From an uncultured Syntrophomonadaceae bacterium (GTDB lineage Bacteria > Bacillota > Dethiobacteria > DTU022): a stretch of 64,000 nt of DNA. The translations under genes were made by a program, and so were the position numbers. The stretch's first letter is position 1. Each line of letters begins with the position of its first letter. Shown in pieces: positions 18,858-28,445 of this stretch. Where the stretch lies: contig CAYXBB010000005.1 of NCBI GenBank assembly GCA_964463285.1, positions 4,256-68,255 of the forward strand. Reading direction: 5' to 3'. A model generated the notes under the pieces. That model was not told the origin of the DNA and did not search any database. It was given only the letters and a program-made list of their open reading frames with translations.

Positions 18858-20816
18858 ATGTATAAGCGGAAAACATTTTATGTCACCACCCCGATATATT
18901 ATCCCAGCAACAGGCTCCATATCGGCAATTCCTATACCACGGTGGCTGCAGACGCTATCGCCAGATTTAAGCGGGCCCTGGGTTATGATGTCTTATTTGT
19001 AACCGGAACCGATGAGCATGGTCTGAAGATCCAGCGACAGGCTGCCCTGGCGGGGAAGCCTACCCTGGAATTTGTGGATGAAATTGTGGATTGGATTAAA
19101 GATCTGTGGCGGGCTTTGGATATTGGGTACGATGATTTCATCCGTACTACCGAACCCCGGCATAAACAAAATGTAGCCAGGATCTTTAACCGGTTTTATG
19201 AACAGGGAGATATATATAAAGGGCAGTATAGTGGTTGGTACTGCACGCCCTGTGAATCATACTGGCAGGAAAGAGGACTCCAGAATGGAACATGCCCTGA
19301 CTGTGGACGGCCGGTGGAACTGGTAACGGAAGAGTGTTATTTTTTTAGGATGTCCCGTTATGCTTCCCGCTTGCAGGAGTACATTGAAACACATCCGGAA
19401 TTTATTCAGCCTGTTTCTCGGAAAAACGAAATGATTAATAATTTTCTTCGTCCGGGTCTGGAAGATCTTGCAGTCTCCCGCACAACTTTTGATTGGGGGA
19501 TTCCAGTTCCTTTTGATGAGAAGCATGTAATTTACGTCTGGCTTGATGCACTGTCCAATTACCTTACCGCTTTAAATTATGGCGATGAGGCCAACCTGAT
19601 GGATCGTTACTGGCCGGCGAATGTTCACTTGATCGGCAAGGATATCCTTCGTTTTCATACCATTTACTGGCCAATTTTTTTAATGGCTCTGAACCTGCCC
19701 CTTCCTCATACCATATTTGGGCATGGGTGGTTGCTTCTGGAGGAAGGCAAGATGTCCAAATCCAAGGGTAATGTAGTGGATCCCCTGCTTCTGGTAGATC
19801 GCTATGGCTCGGATGCCGTGCGCTATTTTCTATTGCGCGAAATTCCGTTTGGCGCGGATGGAACATTTAGCATAGAAGCCCTGGTCAACCGTATTAATAC
19901 TGATCTGGCCAACGACCTCGGTAACCTGGTCAGCCGCACCCTGACCATGGTGGAACGCTATTTCAAGGGCTTGCTTCCCGCCCCGGCTGAGAACGGGCCC
20001 GGAGACGATCAGCTTGCCGGGCTGGCTCTGGAAACTCCGCGGTTGATGGAAGAGGCTATGGATAAGCTGCAGATCAGCGATGCCCTGGCAATTCTTTGGA
20101 AGCTGGTTAATCGCAGCAATAAATATATTGACGAAAACTTACCCTGGGATCTGGCTAAAAACCAGAAACTGAAGCGATTGCAAACAGTTATCTATAATCT
20201 GGTGGAAGGTATCAGATTTATAGCGGTCATGGTGGGGCCGTTCATGCCCCGGGCCCCCGGTAGGATCTGGAAACAGATTAAGATAGAAAACCGAAAAGAG
20301 CTGCAAACCTGGGACAGCCTTCGCAGTTGGGGCCGGATTGAACCCGGGGCAAAGATTTTCCGGGGAGAGGATCTGTTCCCCCGGCGCAACCTGCCGGAAG
20401 AGCTGGCCTGGAGCCGCCCGGAGGCAGCGGCAACCCAAAAATTTACCCCACCTCCCAAGCCGCGGATGAAAGCCGGGCTGCAGGAGGGGATAATTACCCT
20501 GGAACAGCTGCAACGGGTTGATCTGCGGGTGGGTCGGATTATGGATGCGATAAAAATACCGGGAACAGATAAGCTGCTTAAGTTAAAAGTGGATTTGGGA
20601 GAAGGCAGGCGGAGATGTGTGGTAGCCGGCCTGGCCCGGCATTACCGGCCTGAACAGCTAATCGGCCTGTTAGTATTATTTGTGGCCAATCTACAACCGG
20701 TAAAACTACGGGGGATTATTTCTGAAGGCATGCTCTTAGCAGCGGTAGACGAAGGAGGTCGTCTGGCATTGACCACTGTAGATCAACCGGTAACCCCGGG
20801 ATGTAAAATAAGCTAG
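18858..20816 (+). CDS. metG: Methionine--tRNA ligase with C-terminal tRNA-binding (EMAP/Trbp111-like) domain
   Basis: HIGN and KMSKS motifs. CxxC...CxxC knuckle. Confidence 0.95.
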   Translation: MYKRKTFYVTTPIYYPSNRLHIGNSYTTVAADAIARFKRALGYDVLFVTGTDEHGLKIQRQAALAGKPTLEFVDEIVDWIKDLWRALDIGYDDFIRTTEPRHKQNVARIFNRFYEQGDIYKGQYSGWYCTPCESYWQERGLQNGTCPDCGRPVELVTEECYFFRMSRYASRLQEYIETHPEFIQPVSRKNEMINNFLRPGLEDLAVSRTTFDWGIPVPFDEKHVIYVWLDALSNYLTALNYGDEANLMDRYWPANVHLIGKDILRFHTIYWPIFLMALNLPLPHTIFGHGWLLLEEGKMSKSKGNVVDPLLLVDRYGSDAVRYFLLREIPFGADGTFSIEALVNRINTDLANDLGNLVSRTLTMVERYFKGLLPAPAENGPGDDQLAGLALETPRLMEEAMDKLQISDALAILWKLVNRSNKYIDENLPWDLAKNQKLKRLQTVIYNLVEGIRFIAVMVGPFMPRAPGRIWKQIKIENRKELQTWDSLRSWGRIEPGAKIFRGEDLFPRRNLPEELAWSRPEAAATQKFTPPPKPRMKAGLQEGIITLEQLQRVDLRVGRIMDAIKIPGTDKLLKLKVDLGEGRRRCVVAGLARHYRPEQLIGLLVLFVANLQPVKLRGIISEGMLLAAVDEGGRLALTTVDQPVTPGCKIS

Positions 20817-21586
20817 TGCCCGGTCTGGTAGATACTCATGCCCATATAAACGCTTCCGAGTTCAAAGCCGACCTAGAAGAGGTGCTGTGCCGGGCGCATC
20901 AGGCAGGGATAACGGCGGTGATCGATGTCGGCACCGGCCTCGAAAGCTCGCGCCGGGCAATATCGCTGGCCTCAAGATACTCCCTGGTCAAAGCAGCAGT
21001 TGGATTTCATCCCCATGATGCCGTCAGGGTGACCCCCTCCGATTTTGAACAGCTAAGCGGACTGGCCGAAAACCCCCGGGTAGTTGCAATCGGTGAAACC
21101 GGGCTCGATTTTTATCGTCTTTTGTCTCCCCCTCCCCTCCAGGAAGAGATATTCCGCCGTCACTTACGCCTGGCGGTTAAACTTGACAAGCCGGTAATAA
21201 TTCATAGTAGGGAAGCATTTCCCCAAACCTTTCGGATCATAAAAGACGAGCCTCTCCCGGCCAGGCGAGGGGTCATGCACTGTTTTAACGGTGATCGCCG
21301 ATGGGCCCAGGTCTTTCTTAAAAAAGGGTTTTATCTCTCCCTGGCCGGACCGGTTACCTACCCCCGCTCCGGTTTACAGGAGCTGCTGAAAGCGATCCCT
21401 TTGGACAGACTTCTTCTGGAAACAGATTGTCCTTACCTGGCGCCCCAGCCATTTCGGGGAAAACGAAATGAACCGGCTTATATTACCGAAATCTACCTGC
21501 AGGTTGCCCGGACGCTGGGGTTGAATATTGAGGCGTTGGCCGCTATAATACAGGACAATGCCTGTCGCTTGTTTGGAAAATTATAA
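20816..21586 (+). CDS. tatD: TatD-family metal-dependent DNase (YabD)
   Basis: GTG start. LVDTHAHIN and other TIM-barrel His motifs. Confidence 0.9.
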   Translation: MPGLVDTHAHINASEFKADLEEVLCRAHQAGITAVIDVGTGLESSRRAISLASRYSLVKAAVGFHPHDAVRVTPSDFEQLSGLAENPRVVAIGETGLDFYRLLSPPPLQEEIFRRHLRLAVKLDKPVIIHSREAFPQTFRIIKDEPLPARRGVMHCFNGDRRWAQVFLKKGFYLSLAGPVTYPRSGLQELLKAIPLDRLLLETDCPYLAPQPFRGKRNEPAYITEIYLQVARTLGLNIEALAAIIQDNACRLFGKL

Positions 21587-21691
21587 CCCGATAATAGTAA
21601 CTTTAAGTGCTATTACCTGGAGAAAGATACATATACTGATTTATATGCCTTGAATAGCGAAAAGGGCAAAATAGCAAAGGAGGGGCTCACA

Positions 21692-22447
21692 GTGAAGTTT
21701 TCACTGATTCCGCATTTGCTAGAGCTACCCAGGGAGGCAAAAGTAACCATATGTTCCGCTCTTTTTTTTGCCCTTTGCCTGGGGGGGTGGGCAGTATCGA
21801 AAGCTCCTTTGAACGACTGCCCAAAAACAGCTCAATCTGAAAATGAGCATGAACCGCAGAAAGTTGACCCGACGCCGGCTCCGGAGTTAAAGTTTATCCG
21901 GTGGAAACAACAGCAAGAAAACAAAAGATTCTGTAAACAAATATCGGTGGAGCTTTCAACCGGGACTAATCCCAATCCTGTTCCACCGCCAGAACCGGCA
22001 GAGCCATCAGAGACGGTAAAACCGGTTGAACAGCCGGAAACGACGGAAACCGCAAAACCGGCTAAATCGGCTGCTCCGAGTGATCCCGGAAGGTTATCCG
22101 AGAATGAGACGCTTAACAGCCGGCTTGCCTCCCGGGGAGAGCGCATCGGAACGGTAATTAAGGGTTCTGCCTCCTTTTACGGGGGAGGTGACGGCCTGGA
22201 CGGTTGTCCGACCGCCAGTGGGGAAATTTTCGATGCTTCCGCGCTTACCGCCGCCCACAGGGAACTACCCTTTGGTACCCGCGTTAAGGTAACCTGTCTG
22301 AACACCGGAAAAAGTGTGGTGGTCCGTATAAATGATCGCGGGCCCTTTAATTGCAATCTGATCTTGGATCTGTCCCGGGCGGCAGCAGAGGAAATTGGGT
22401 TAACCTCCTACGGTATCGGTCCGGTGGAAATTGAAATACTAAACTAG
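21692..22447 (+). CDS. RlpA-like double-psi beta-barrel (DPBB) lytic-transglycosylase-family protein with N-terminal TM and Pro-rich linker
   Basis: GSASFYGGGDGLDGCPTASGEIFD...TAAHRELPFGTRVKVTCLNTGKSVVVRINDRGPF. GTG start at 21692 (RBS AAGGAGGGG) preferred over the ORF track's 21650. Confidence 0.75.
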   Translation: MKFSLIPHLLELPREAKVTICSALFFALCLGGWAVSKAPLNDCPKTAQSENEHEPQKVDPTPAPELKFIRWKQQQENKRFCKQISVELSTGTNPNPVPPPEPAEPSETVKPVEQPETTETAKPAKSAAPSDPGRLSENETLNSRLASRGERIGTVIKGSASFYGGGDGLDGCPTASGEIFDASALTAAHRELPFGTRVKVTCLNTGKSVVVRINDRGPFNCNLILDLSRAAAEEIGLTSYGIGPVEIEILN

Positions 22448-22502
22448 CAAATATGGATGATCACCTGTGTACGGCCAGATTGGTAGCGCAGTAAGGCCAT
22501 CA

Positions 22503-22550
22503 AATCACCGGTTTCCCGGAGATAAACGACCGGGGAACCGGTGATTTTAC
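22503..22550. terminator. Bidirectional terminator, ~17-bp inverted repeat AATCACCGGTTTCCCGG/CCGGGGAACCGGTGATT
   Basis: Lies between convergent rlpA-like and SCP2 genes. T-run follows. Confidence 0.6.
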
Positions 22551-22552
22551 CT

Positions 22553-22900
22553 TTACCGGCTCAGTAATTCCTGCAATTTGAACACTTGTGACATATCTCC
22601 CTTAATTTTCAGCTTACCGGCCATGAATGCGGAAGTGGGGTTTAGTTTTCCGTTAAGCAGGGAAATAAAATCGGTTACAGGCATGCTGATAGTAATATCC
22701 GGTGAATCAGGGGCCCCTTCCTGTAACTCAACTGCTCCATTTTGAAGCCTTATCTGGGCTGTGCCGCCCTCTTCTCCGCCAAGTTCAAGCCTGCATACTG
22801 TGTTAATCTTATTAAGTTTAGAAACATCTGCTGTGGCAAGTATATCTTCAAGCATTTTTATTGTTTCTTTAAAAGCCATCTTACCCATGCCTCCTTCCAT
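22553..22900 (-). CDS. SCP2 sterol-carrier-like domain protein
   Basis: 115 aa. LNGKLNPTSAFMAGKLKIKGDMSQVFKLQELL matches the SCP2 C-terminal consensus. Confidence 0.7.
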   Translation of the reverse strand: MEGGMGKMAFKETIKMLEDILATADVSKLNKINTVCRLELGGEEGGTAQIRLQNGAVELQEGAPDSPDITISMPVTDFISLLNGKLNPTSAFMAGKLKIKGDMSQVFKLQELLSR

Positions 22901-23113
22901 AACAGTTTGTTCTTTCCTAATCCGGTCAACTGCCTTCTAAAAAATTACCCTTAAATTTGGCCCAGCTAAATTATAAAACAATCGGCTTGCAATGTCGCCT
23001 TATTTGGCATGTCGGGCTTTGACAAATCAGGATTTGTATAAAAAATACCGGCGCGGAGATAATAGCTCTTCAGATAAAGAGAGGAAAAACAAATATATAT
23101 GGGGGAAGGGTAA

Positions 23114-24241
23114 ATGATTACGCATATTCCCGGAGGTAAGTATATAAATTTACATCCGGTTCAAAGAAGCATTAAGCGCTCTGTTCGTTGGTTGGTTGCG
23201 GTGATCGCCGGGCATTTTTTATGGATCTATCTGTTTGCTGCTGGACTGGCGCTAGTGACCATCTATTGGAATGTTGCCCGCCCGCCGACTGTCAGGGTAG
23301 ATAGCCAAGCGGCGGTAACCAGCCGAATCTTTAATTTTAACACCGATGGGCTATTGACAGAGATTGATCACCGGCTGCCGGATTCCGAAGAACGGTCGAT
23401 ACCGGCCACGGCTGCATTCTTGGTCGGAAAAGATGTCGAAAATGATCTGATTCATATTGAAGAGGCCTTTCCAGTGTTTATTTTTGACAGAGATTCAATT
23501 ACTGAAATCTGGACATCTCCGCAACCGGTGAGAGAATTTTTAGAGAGAGCCGGTTTTATAATTGGTCCGGATGATCGGGTGGAGCCGGAAGGAACAGTTC
23601 GTTCCCGGGCGGAGATAAAAATTTTTAGGGCGGAAAGTGGAGACTATTCAAGCCGGATGCAGTTGGGGGAAAATTATCCCGGACAGCCTAATCCGGATCG
23701 GGGTTCAATCAGGGTGTACCAGAGAGGTTTAAGCGAAGGCCCGACCGGGGCCGGAGTAGGGGAATCCGGGGGGAAAACCTATTTTCAGGAAGGCTTGTCG
23801 GGATCCGGGGCCATTATCCCGTCCGGTAGGCCGGAATATGAAGCGATCAGGATAACAGGCAATGAAAAAAGGGTTAGCAGGGTCCTGGAGGTTACTGCTA
23901 CTGCTTATTGTCCGGGAACGCCCGAATCGGGTTGCCCTTTAAACAGTCAGGGGCATTCCATGTGTACAGGCTGCTATAATGATGGATATACCTGTACCGG
24001 GAAGAAGGCGATTCAAGGCGAGGGCACCCTGGAATCACCACATATAATAGCGGTGGATCCAGGAGTAATCCCCCTGGGTAGTAAAGTATACCTGGAAGGA
24101 ATCGGCTTTGCAATTGCCGAAGATGTTGGAGGAGCGATTAAAGGGAACCGCATAGATCTTTTATTTAATTTGCACCGGGATGCCTGGGGGTTTGGGCTTC
24201 GGAAAGAGATTTTCCTATACATACTTGCCGAAACCGGTTAA
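23114..24241 (+). CDS. yabE: YabE-like membrane-anchored protein with DUF348-like repeats and C-terminal 3D domain
   Basis: N-terminal TM. C-terminal TATAYCPGTPESGC...IAVDP..IPLGSKVYLEG.GFAIAEDVGGAIKGNRIDL is the 3D-domain signature. Conserved position after tatD. Confidence 0.75.
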   Translation: MITHIPGGKYINLHPVQRSIKRSVRWLVAVIAGHFLWIYLFAAGLALVTIYWNVARPPTVRVDSQAAVTSRIFNFNTDGLLTEIDHRLPDSEERSIPATAAFLVGKDVENDLIHIEEAFPVFIFDRDSITEIWTSPQPVREFLERAGFIIGPDDRVEPEGTVRSRAEIKIFRAESGDYSSRMQLGENYPGQPNPDRGSIRVYQRGLSEGPTGAGVGESGGKTYFQEGLSGSGAIIPSGRPEYEAIRITGNEKRVSRVLEVTATAYCPGTPESGCPLNSQGHSMCTGCYNDGYTCTGKKAIQGEGTLESPHIIAVDPGVIPLGSKVYLEGIGFAIAEDVGGAIKGNRIDLLFNLHRDAWGFGLRKEIFLYILAETG

Positions 24242-24265
24242 GCCAATCTTTGAGTAGGGGTGTAA

Positions 24266-25144
24266 ATGCCTGTAAATTCAACTTTCCCCACCTCCCCCCG
24301 GGAGGTAGTTTCTATTTTCAAAAAACATGGTTTCCGCCCCCGAAAAGGGTTGGGGCAAAATTTTCTGATTGATAACCGTGTGGCGGCCAAGATTGTAGAG
24401 GCTGCAAAAGTGTGCCCCGGGGAGCCGGTCATCGAGATAGGCCCGGGTCTGGGAGCGCTGACACTGCCCCTGGCTAAACTGGATGCAAAGGTGCTGGCCC
24501 TGGAAATTGATGCCGGGCTATTCAGATTGTTGCAAGATTTATTTCACAGTTTCACTTCCGTTCAGATACTGCATGGTGATGCCTTGTCGGTTACCTGGAC
24601 ACAGCTAATTAGCAGCTATTTTGGCCGGCAGGCCGGGGTGAAGCTGTTATCCAATCTTCCTTACAGTATTTCTTCTCCACTGCTTTACCGACTCATGGAA
24701 GAACGGTTTCCTTTTTCCAAGGCAGTGATTATGTTACAGGCGGAGGTGGCCGATCGCCTGATTTCTTCTCCCGGAGGGAAACATTACGGTAGTCTTTCGG
24801 TGTTAAGCCGGTACTATGTGTCCGGCCGTATTTTGTTCCGGGTGCCTCGGCAACTATTCTGGCCTCGCCCGGAAGTAGATTCAGCGGTTGTCCAACTGGA
24901 GCCCTGCCCTCCCCTGCTGGAGCCACATCAGGAGCCGGTCTTCTGGCAGATGGTGAAAGGGGTTTTTCAGGTCAGACGCAAAACCATATTAAACGGTCTG
25001 TTGCACACTTTCCCCTGGGGAAGAGAGGAAGCGTTAGAGCTCCTGAAAGAATCATGCATTGATCCCGGCCGCCGCCCGGAAGCCCTTTCGGTGGAGGAAT
25101 TTGCAAAGCTAGGTCTATTCATCTATAATAAAGTCAGCAGATAA
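24266..25144 (+). CDS. rsmA: 16S rRNA (adenine1518/1519-N6)-dimethyltransferase
   Basis: GQNFLID motif and SAM motif EIGPGLGALT. Confidence 0.95.
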   Translation: MPVNSTFPTSPREVVSIFKKHGFRPRKGLGQNFLIDNRVAAKIVEAAKVCPGEPVIEIGPGLGALTLPLAKLDAKVLALEIDAGLFRLLQDLFHSFTSVQILHGDALSVTWTQLISSYFGRQAGVKLLSNLPYSISSPLLYRLMEERFPFSKAVIMLQAEVADRLISSPGGKHYGSLSVLSRYYVSGRILFRVPRQLFWPRPEVDSAVVQLEPCPPLLEPHQEPVFWQMVKGVFQVRRKTILNGLLHTFPWGREEALELLKESCIDPGRRPEALSVEEFAKLGLFIYNKVSR

Positions 25145-25164
25145 TTCAAAGAAGGGACCGCTAG

Positions 25165-25641
25165 ATGCATTTCTATAGCCCCTCCCGGGGCAGGATGAGT
25201 TTTGGAGACGTATTTCAGGATTTAATAGATTATATAAACTTTCAGCCCGAAGCAAATTATAAATTAATTATCGGTAGCGATTCGCATGCCTATTTTGGGG
25301 AAAGCGTGGTATTTGTTACTGCCATCGTGGTTCACCGAGTGGGTAAAGGAGGACGTTATTTTTTTCAAAAGCAAAAACACCCTTTTATGGCCAGCCTGCG
25401 TCAGCGCATATATTATGAAACTTTCTTGAGCCTGGAGGTAGCCAGCCGGTTAACGGAGAAGTTGGCTAAAAATGGGCATGCCGAACTAAATGTAGAGATC
25501 CACCTGGATGTGGGTGAAAAAGGGGATACTCGGGAGATCATCAAAGAAGTGGTGGGAATGGTTATCGGTAGTGGCTACTGTGCCCGCATAAAACCCGACT
25601 CTTACGGAGCATCTAATGTAGCCGACAGGTTTACCCGTTAA
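25165..25641 (+). CDS. YkuK-like RNase H-fold protein (DUF458)
   Basis: VFVTAIVVHRVGKGGRYFF...SLRQRIYYET...EIHLDVGEKGDT...GYCARIKPDSYGASNVADRFT parallels B. subtilis YkuK. Confidence 0.6.
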   Translation: MHFYSPSRGRMSFGDVFQDLIDYINFQPEANYKLIIGSDSHAYFGESVVFVTAIVVHRVGKGGRYFFQKQKHPFMASLRQRIYYETFLSLEVASRLTEKLAKNGHAELNVEIHLDVGEKGDTREIIKEVVGMVIGSGYCARIKPDSYGASNVADRFTR

Positions 25642-25712
25642 ATAAAACGCTTTTTTTCGAAAACAGTTCATCCCTCCTTTTGCCTCAAATCTTGTTTAAG
25701 GCCTCAAAATTC

Positions 25713-25741
25713 TTGACAATCCTATAAATTTATGTTAAAAT
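25713..25741 (+). promoter_or_regulatory. veg promoter, consensus sigma-A TTGACA-N17-TAAAAT
   Basis: ttgacaatcctataaatttatgttaaaat. Veg is classically driven by a near-consensus sigma-A promoter. Confidence 0.65.
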
Positions 25742-25777
25742 TTTGCTGTTTATAGTAAATAAAAGGTGGTTTTAGAA

Positions 25778-26044
25778 TTGACGGGGAAAGATGTGTTGCG
25801 TGAGATTCGCAAACAGCTGGAACCTCATGTAGGAGAAAGGATCAGGCTTAAAGCCAATCGGGGGCGCCGTAAAACCTACGAAAAAGAAGGGGTTCTAGAA
25901 AGCATATATCCTTCTATATTTGTAATCAGGGTAGACGAGCCCAACTATTTTCAACGGCTTTCTTTTACCTATGCAGATGTTCTTACGGAGACTGTAGAGT
26001 TGACATTTGGAGAGGGAAAAAGGCGCCGCTCGGCCAGCCTGTAA
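25778..26044 (+). CDS. veg: Veg protein (biofilm/sporulation-associated small protein)
   Basis: RLKANRGRRKTYEKEGVLESIYPSIFVIRVDE...SFTYADVLTETVELTF matches Veg. TTG start with RBS AAGGTGG; the ORF track begins at 25766. Confidence 0.85.
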   Translation: MTGKDVLREIRKQLEPHVGERIRLKANRGRRKTYEKEGVLESIYPSIFVIRVDEPNYFQRLSFTYADVLTETVELTFGEGKRRRSASL

Positions 26045-26077
26045 TAACTTGCAACTATATAACACGTATAACATGTG

Positions 26078-26110
26078 AGCCGGAATTGCAATGATCCGGC
26101 TATTTTTTTT
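26078..26110 (+). terminator. Intrinsic terminator AGCCGGA-N10-TCCGGCT-T8
   Basis: After the veg stop. Confidence 0.8.
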
Positions 26111-26210
26111 GAAAATCATAACAAACTCGCCATGAAATCTCGGGATTAAAATCTGCTATTTCTCTTAAACTAAACTGCCACCAAAAATCATAACGCAGGA
26201 GTTGATATTG

Positions 26211-26393
26211 ATGGCCAGACGGCGGCCGGTTATGTCTGAGGAGCTGAAGCAAGAAATCGCCGAAGACTTGGGCGTGCTCGACCTGGTCCGCCGGGAAGGA
26301 TGGGGTAGCGTTCCTTCCCGGCAGTGCGGCAATATCGTTAGAAAAGCTATCGAAAGAGCCGAGCAATCACTCCCCAATAAAAATCATAAATAA
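26211..26393 (+). CDS. Alpha/beta-type small acid-soluble spore protein (SspF-like)
   Basis: KQEIAEDLGV...SRQCGNIVRKAIERAEQSL matches the SASP family signature. Position veg-sspF-ispE as in Bacillus. Start at 26211 or 26232. Confidence 0.75.
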   Translation: MARRRPVMSEELKQEIAEDLGVLDLVRREGWGSVPSRQCGNIVRKAIERAEQSLPNKNHK

Positions 26394-26402
26394 AGGTGGC
26401 CG

Positions 26403-26424
26403 GTATGCCCCGTCAGGGGCATAC
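26403..26424 (+). terminator. Stem-loop GTATGCCCC-gtca-GGGGCATAC after the SASP gene
   Basis: Perfect 9-bp stem. Weak U tail. Confidence 0.5.
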
Positions 26425-26751
26425 TGTCATTAATAAACGTTTTTAGTGACCAAGGTTATTATTGGTTCCATGTCTTAGGATATACCCTACCGGTTTCCGG
26501 GATTTCTTCCCACTGAATAATCCAGCTTTGTACCGGAAAAAATACCGTAAAAATAAAAAAACATATAGGCCAAATTAGGAGATGAGTGCGGTGCGCGGAA
26601 AACGCAGCTTGATTGTCCAACTCTTTAAATTTTGCCGGGCCCTGTTGAACAAAATAACTCGTCGCCGGAGGTAATATTTAAAATCGGCAAATTCATCTAT
26701 TCGAAAGGCGGAACCTAAGCAGGAACCCTGTTCCCCGTTGGCGAATATTTC

Positions 26752-27648
26752 TTGGGAAAAGGGCATGTCATGAAAATCGCCGCTCCTGCAAAAATTAATT
26801 TGGGACTTCAAGTATTTGATCGCCGCCCGGATGGGTATCACGATCTGGAATCTATACTGCAACAGATTTCCCTGTCTGATTGTTTAACTTTTCAGGCGAC
26901 ACAATCCCCCGGGTGGTGTTTTGAATGTTCCCACCCCGAAATTGACGGGGAAGACAACCTGGTCTGCCGGGCTGCCCGGTTGCTGGAAAAACTGGCGGAG
27001 AAGGAACTACCCGGGGTAGCCATAACCCTATTCAAAAATATTCCCATAGGCTCCGGGCTGGGCGGTGGAAGCAGTGATGCTGCTGCGGCTTTGCGAGGGC
27101 TAAATATATTCTGGAAATTAGGGTTCTCTTTTCGGGAGCTGGAGTGTCTGGGGGCTAGTTTGGGTTCAGACATCCCCTTTTTTTTACAAGGAGGCACTGC
27201 TTTGGCCCGAGGCAGGGGGGAGATAATAACTCCATTGACGCCCCTTCCTTTTTTTTGGGTGGTCCTGGCTTTACCTCCCCGGTTAAGCATATCTACCGCT
27301 TCTGTATATGGCTCCCTTGATAAAAACATTTCTTCCGTACCTTCACTTGATATTTTGCGGGGGGCTATCACCGGGAACCGGCGGGAGGATATTTTAAACT
27401 GGTTTAACACAGGAGAGGTTAACAGCCTGCAACCGCTGGTGCTGAACCGTTATCCCCGCCTTTGCCGGCTACAAAATAGGATGAAGAAGCTAGGCCTCAA
27501 ACCGGTAATGTCCGGGAGCGGCCCTGCATTTTTTGCATTAACCGGTAGTTACCTGCTGTCCAGTGAGGCAGCGTTGGCTCTTCAGGCAGAAGGTTACCGG
27601 GCTATACTGTGTTGGACTGCACAAGAAACCGCTATTAATTACTATTAA
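26752..27648 (+). CDS. ispE: 4-diphosphocytidyl-2-C-methyl-D-erythritol kinase
   Basis: APAKINLGL start and GHMP kinase motif PIGSGLGGGSSDAAA. Confidence 0.95.
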   Translation: MGKGHVMKIAAPAKINLGLQVFDRRPDGYHDLESILQQISLSDCLTFQATQSPGWCFECSHPEIDGEDNLVCRAARLLEKLAEKELPGVAITLFKNIPIGSGLGGGSSDAAAALRGLNIFWKLGFSFRELECLGASLGSDIPFFLQGGTALARGRGEIITPLTPLPFFWVVLALPPRLSISTASVYGSLDKNISSVPSLDILRGAITGNRREDILNWFNTGEVNSLQPLVLNRYPRLCRLQNRMKKLGLKPVMSGSGPAFFALTGSYLLSSEAALALQAEGYRAILCWTAQETAINYY

Positions 27649-27671
27649 CCTAGCAAAAAGGAGAACATGCC

Positions 27672-28445
27672 ATGTTTGAGGCGGTGGTGCTAGCGGGGGG
27701 AGAAAGAAATGATCCGCTGGCTTTGCAAGAAGGTGTCCGTAACAAGGCTTTTATCCCCGTTCAAGGCCGCCCGCTGGTGGGCTACATACTATCTGCCCTT
27801 ACCCGTTGTCCCTCCATCCGAAAAATAATAGTGATAGGTCCGGAGGAAGGCTTAATTGAACTGCGGGCTCAAGGATATTTATTTACGGCAGTTCCGGAAG
27901 TAGGATCAATGTTGGAAAATGTTGCCGCGGGATTAAAGGCGGCAGACCCGGATAGCCTTTGCCTTCTAGCTACCGGAGATATCCCTCTGGTTAACCCCGA
28001 GATGCTGGAAAAATTTATGGCGCTATGTGCTCCGCACACTGCCGATTTTTATTATCCCATTATTTCCGCGCACAGCTGCCGACAAAGATTTCCCCGCACC
28101 AGCAGAACCTGCATCCATTTACGGGAAGGTACTTTTACCGGAGGAAACCTGGCGTTGATCAGGCCTTCCTGGTTTAACCGCAGCCGGAACCGCCTGAATA
28201 CGTTTATAGCTTATCGCAAACATCCCCTCAAGCTGTTTAGGATACTTCCTTTCTGGTTTATTATAAAATTTGTATTCCGGCGCCTATCGGTTAAAGATTT
28301 AGAATCATATTTGTCGCGGATACTAAATCTTACCGCTCGGGCTGTTCCCTGTTCCTTTGCTGAGCTGGCCACTGATGTGGACAAGCCCAGCGATTTGGAG
28401 GTGGTAAAGGGGGAACTAGTCGGTTGGCAAGAAATAGGTTTTTGA
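27672..28445 (+). CDS. MobA-like NTP-transferase-family protein with ~90-aa C-terminal extension (substrate unknown)
   Basis: AVVLAGGERNDP...KAFIPVQGRPLVGYILSAL resembles the MobA/CofC/IspD nucleotidyltransferase N-terminal motif. Occupies the slot where purR sits in Bacillus. Confidence 0.55.
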   Translation: MFEAVVLAGGERNDPLALQEGVRNKAFIPVQGRPLVGYILSALTRCPSIRKIIVIGPEEGLIELRAQGYLFTAVPEVGSMLENVAAGLKAADPDSLCLLATGDIPLVNPEMLEKFMALCAPHTADFYYPIISAHSCRQRFPRTSRTCIHLREGTFTGGNLALIRPSWFNRSRNRLNTFIAYRKHPLKLFRILPFWFIIKFVFRRLSVKDLESYLSRILNLTARAVPCSFAELATDVDKPSDLEVVKGELVGWQEIGF

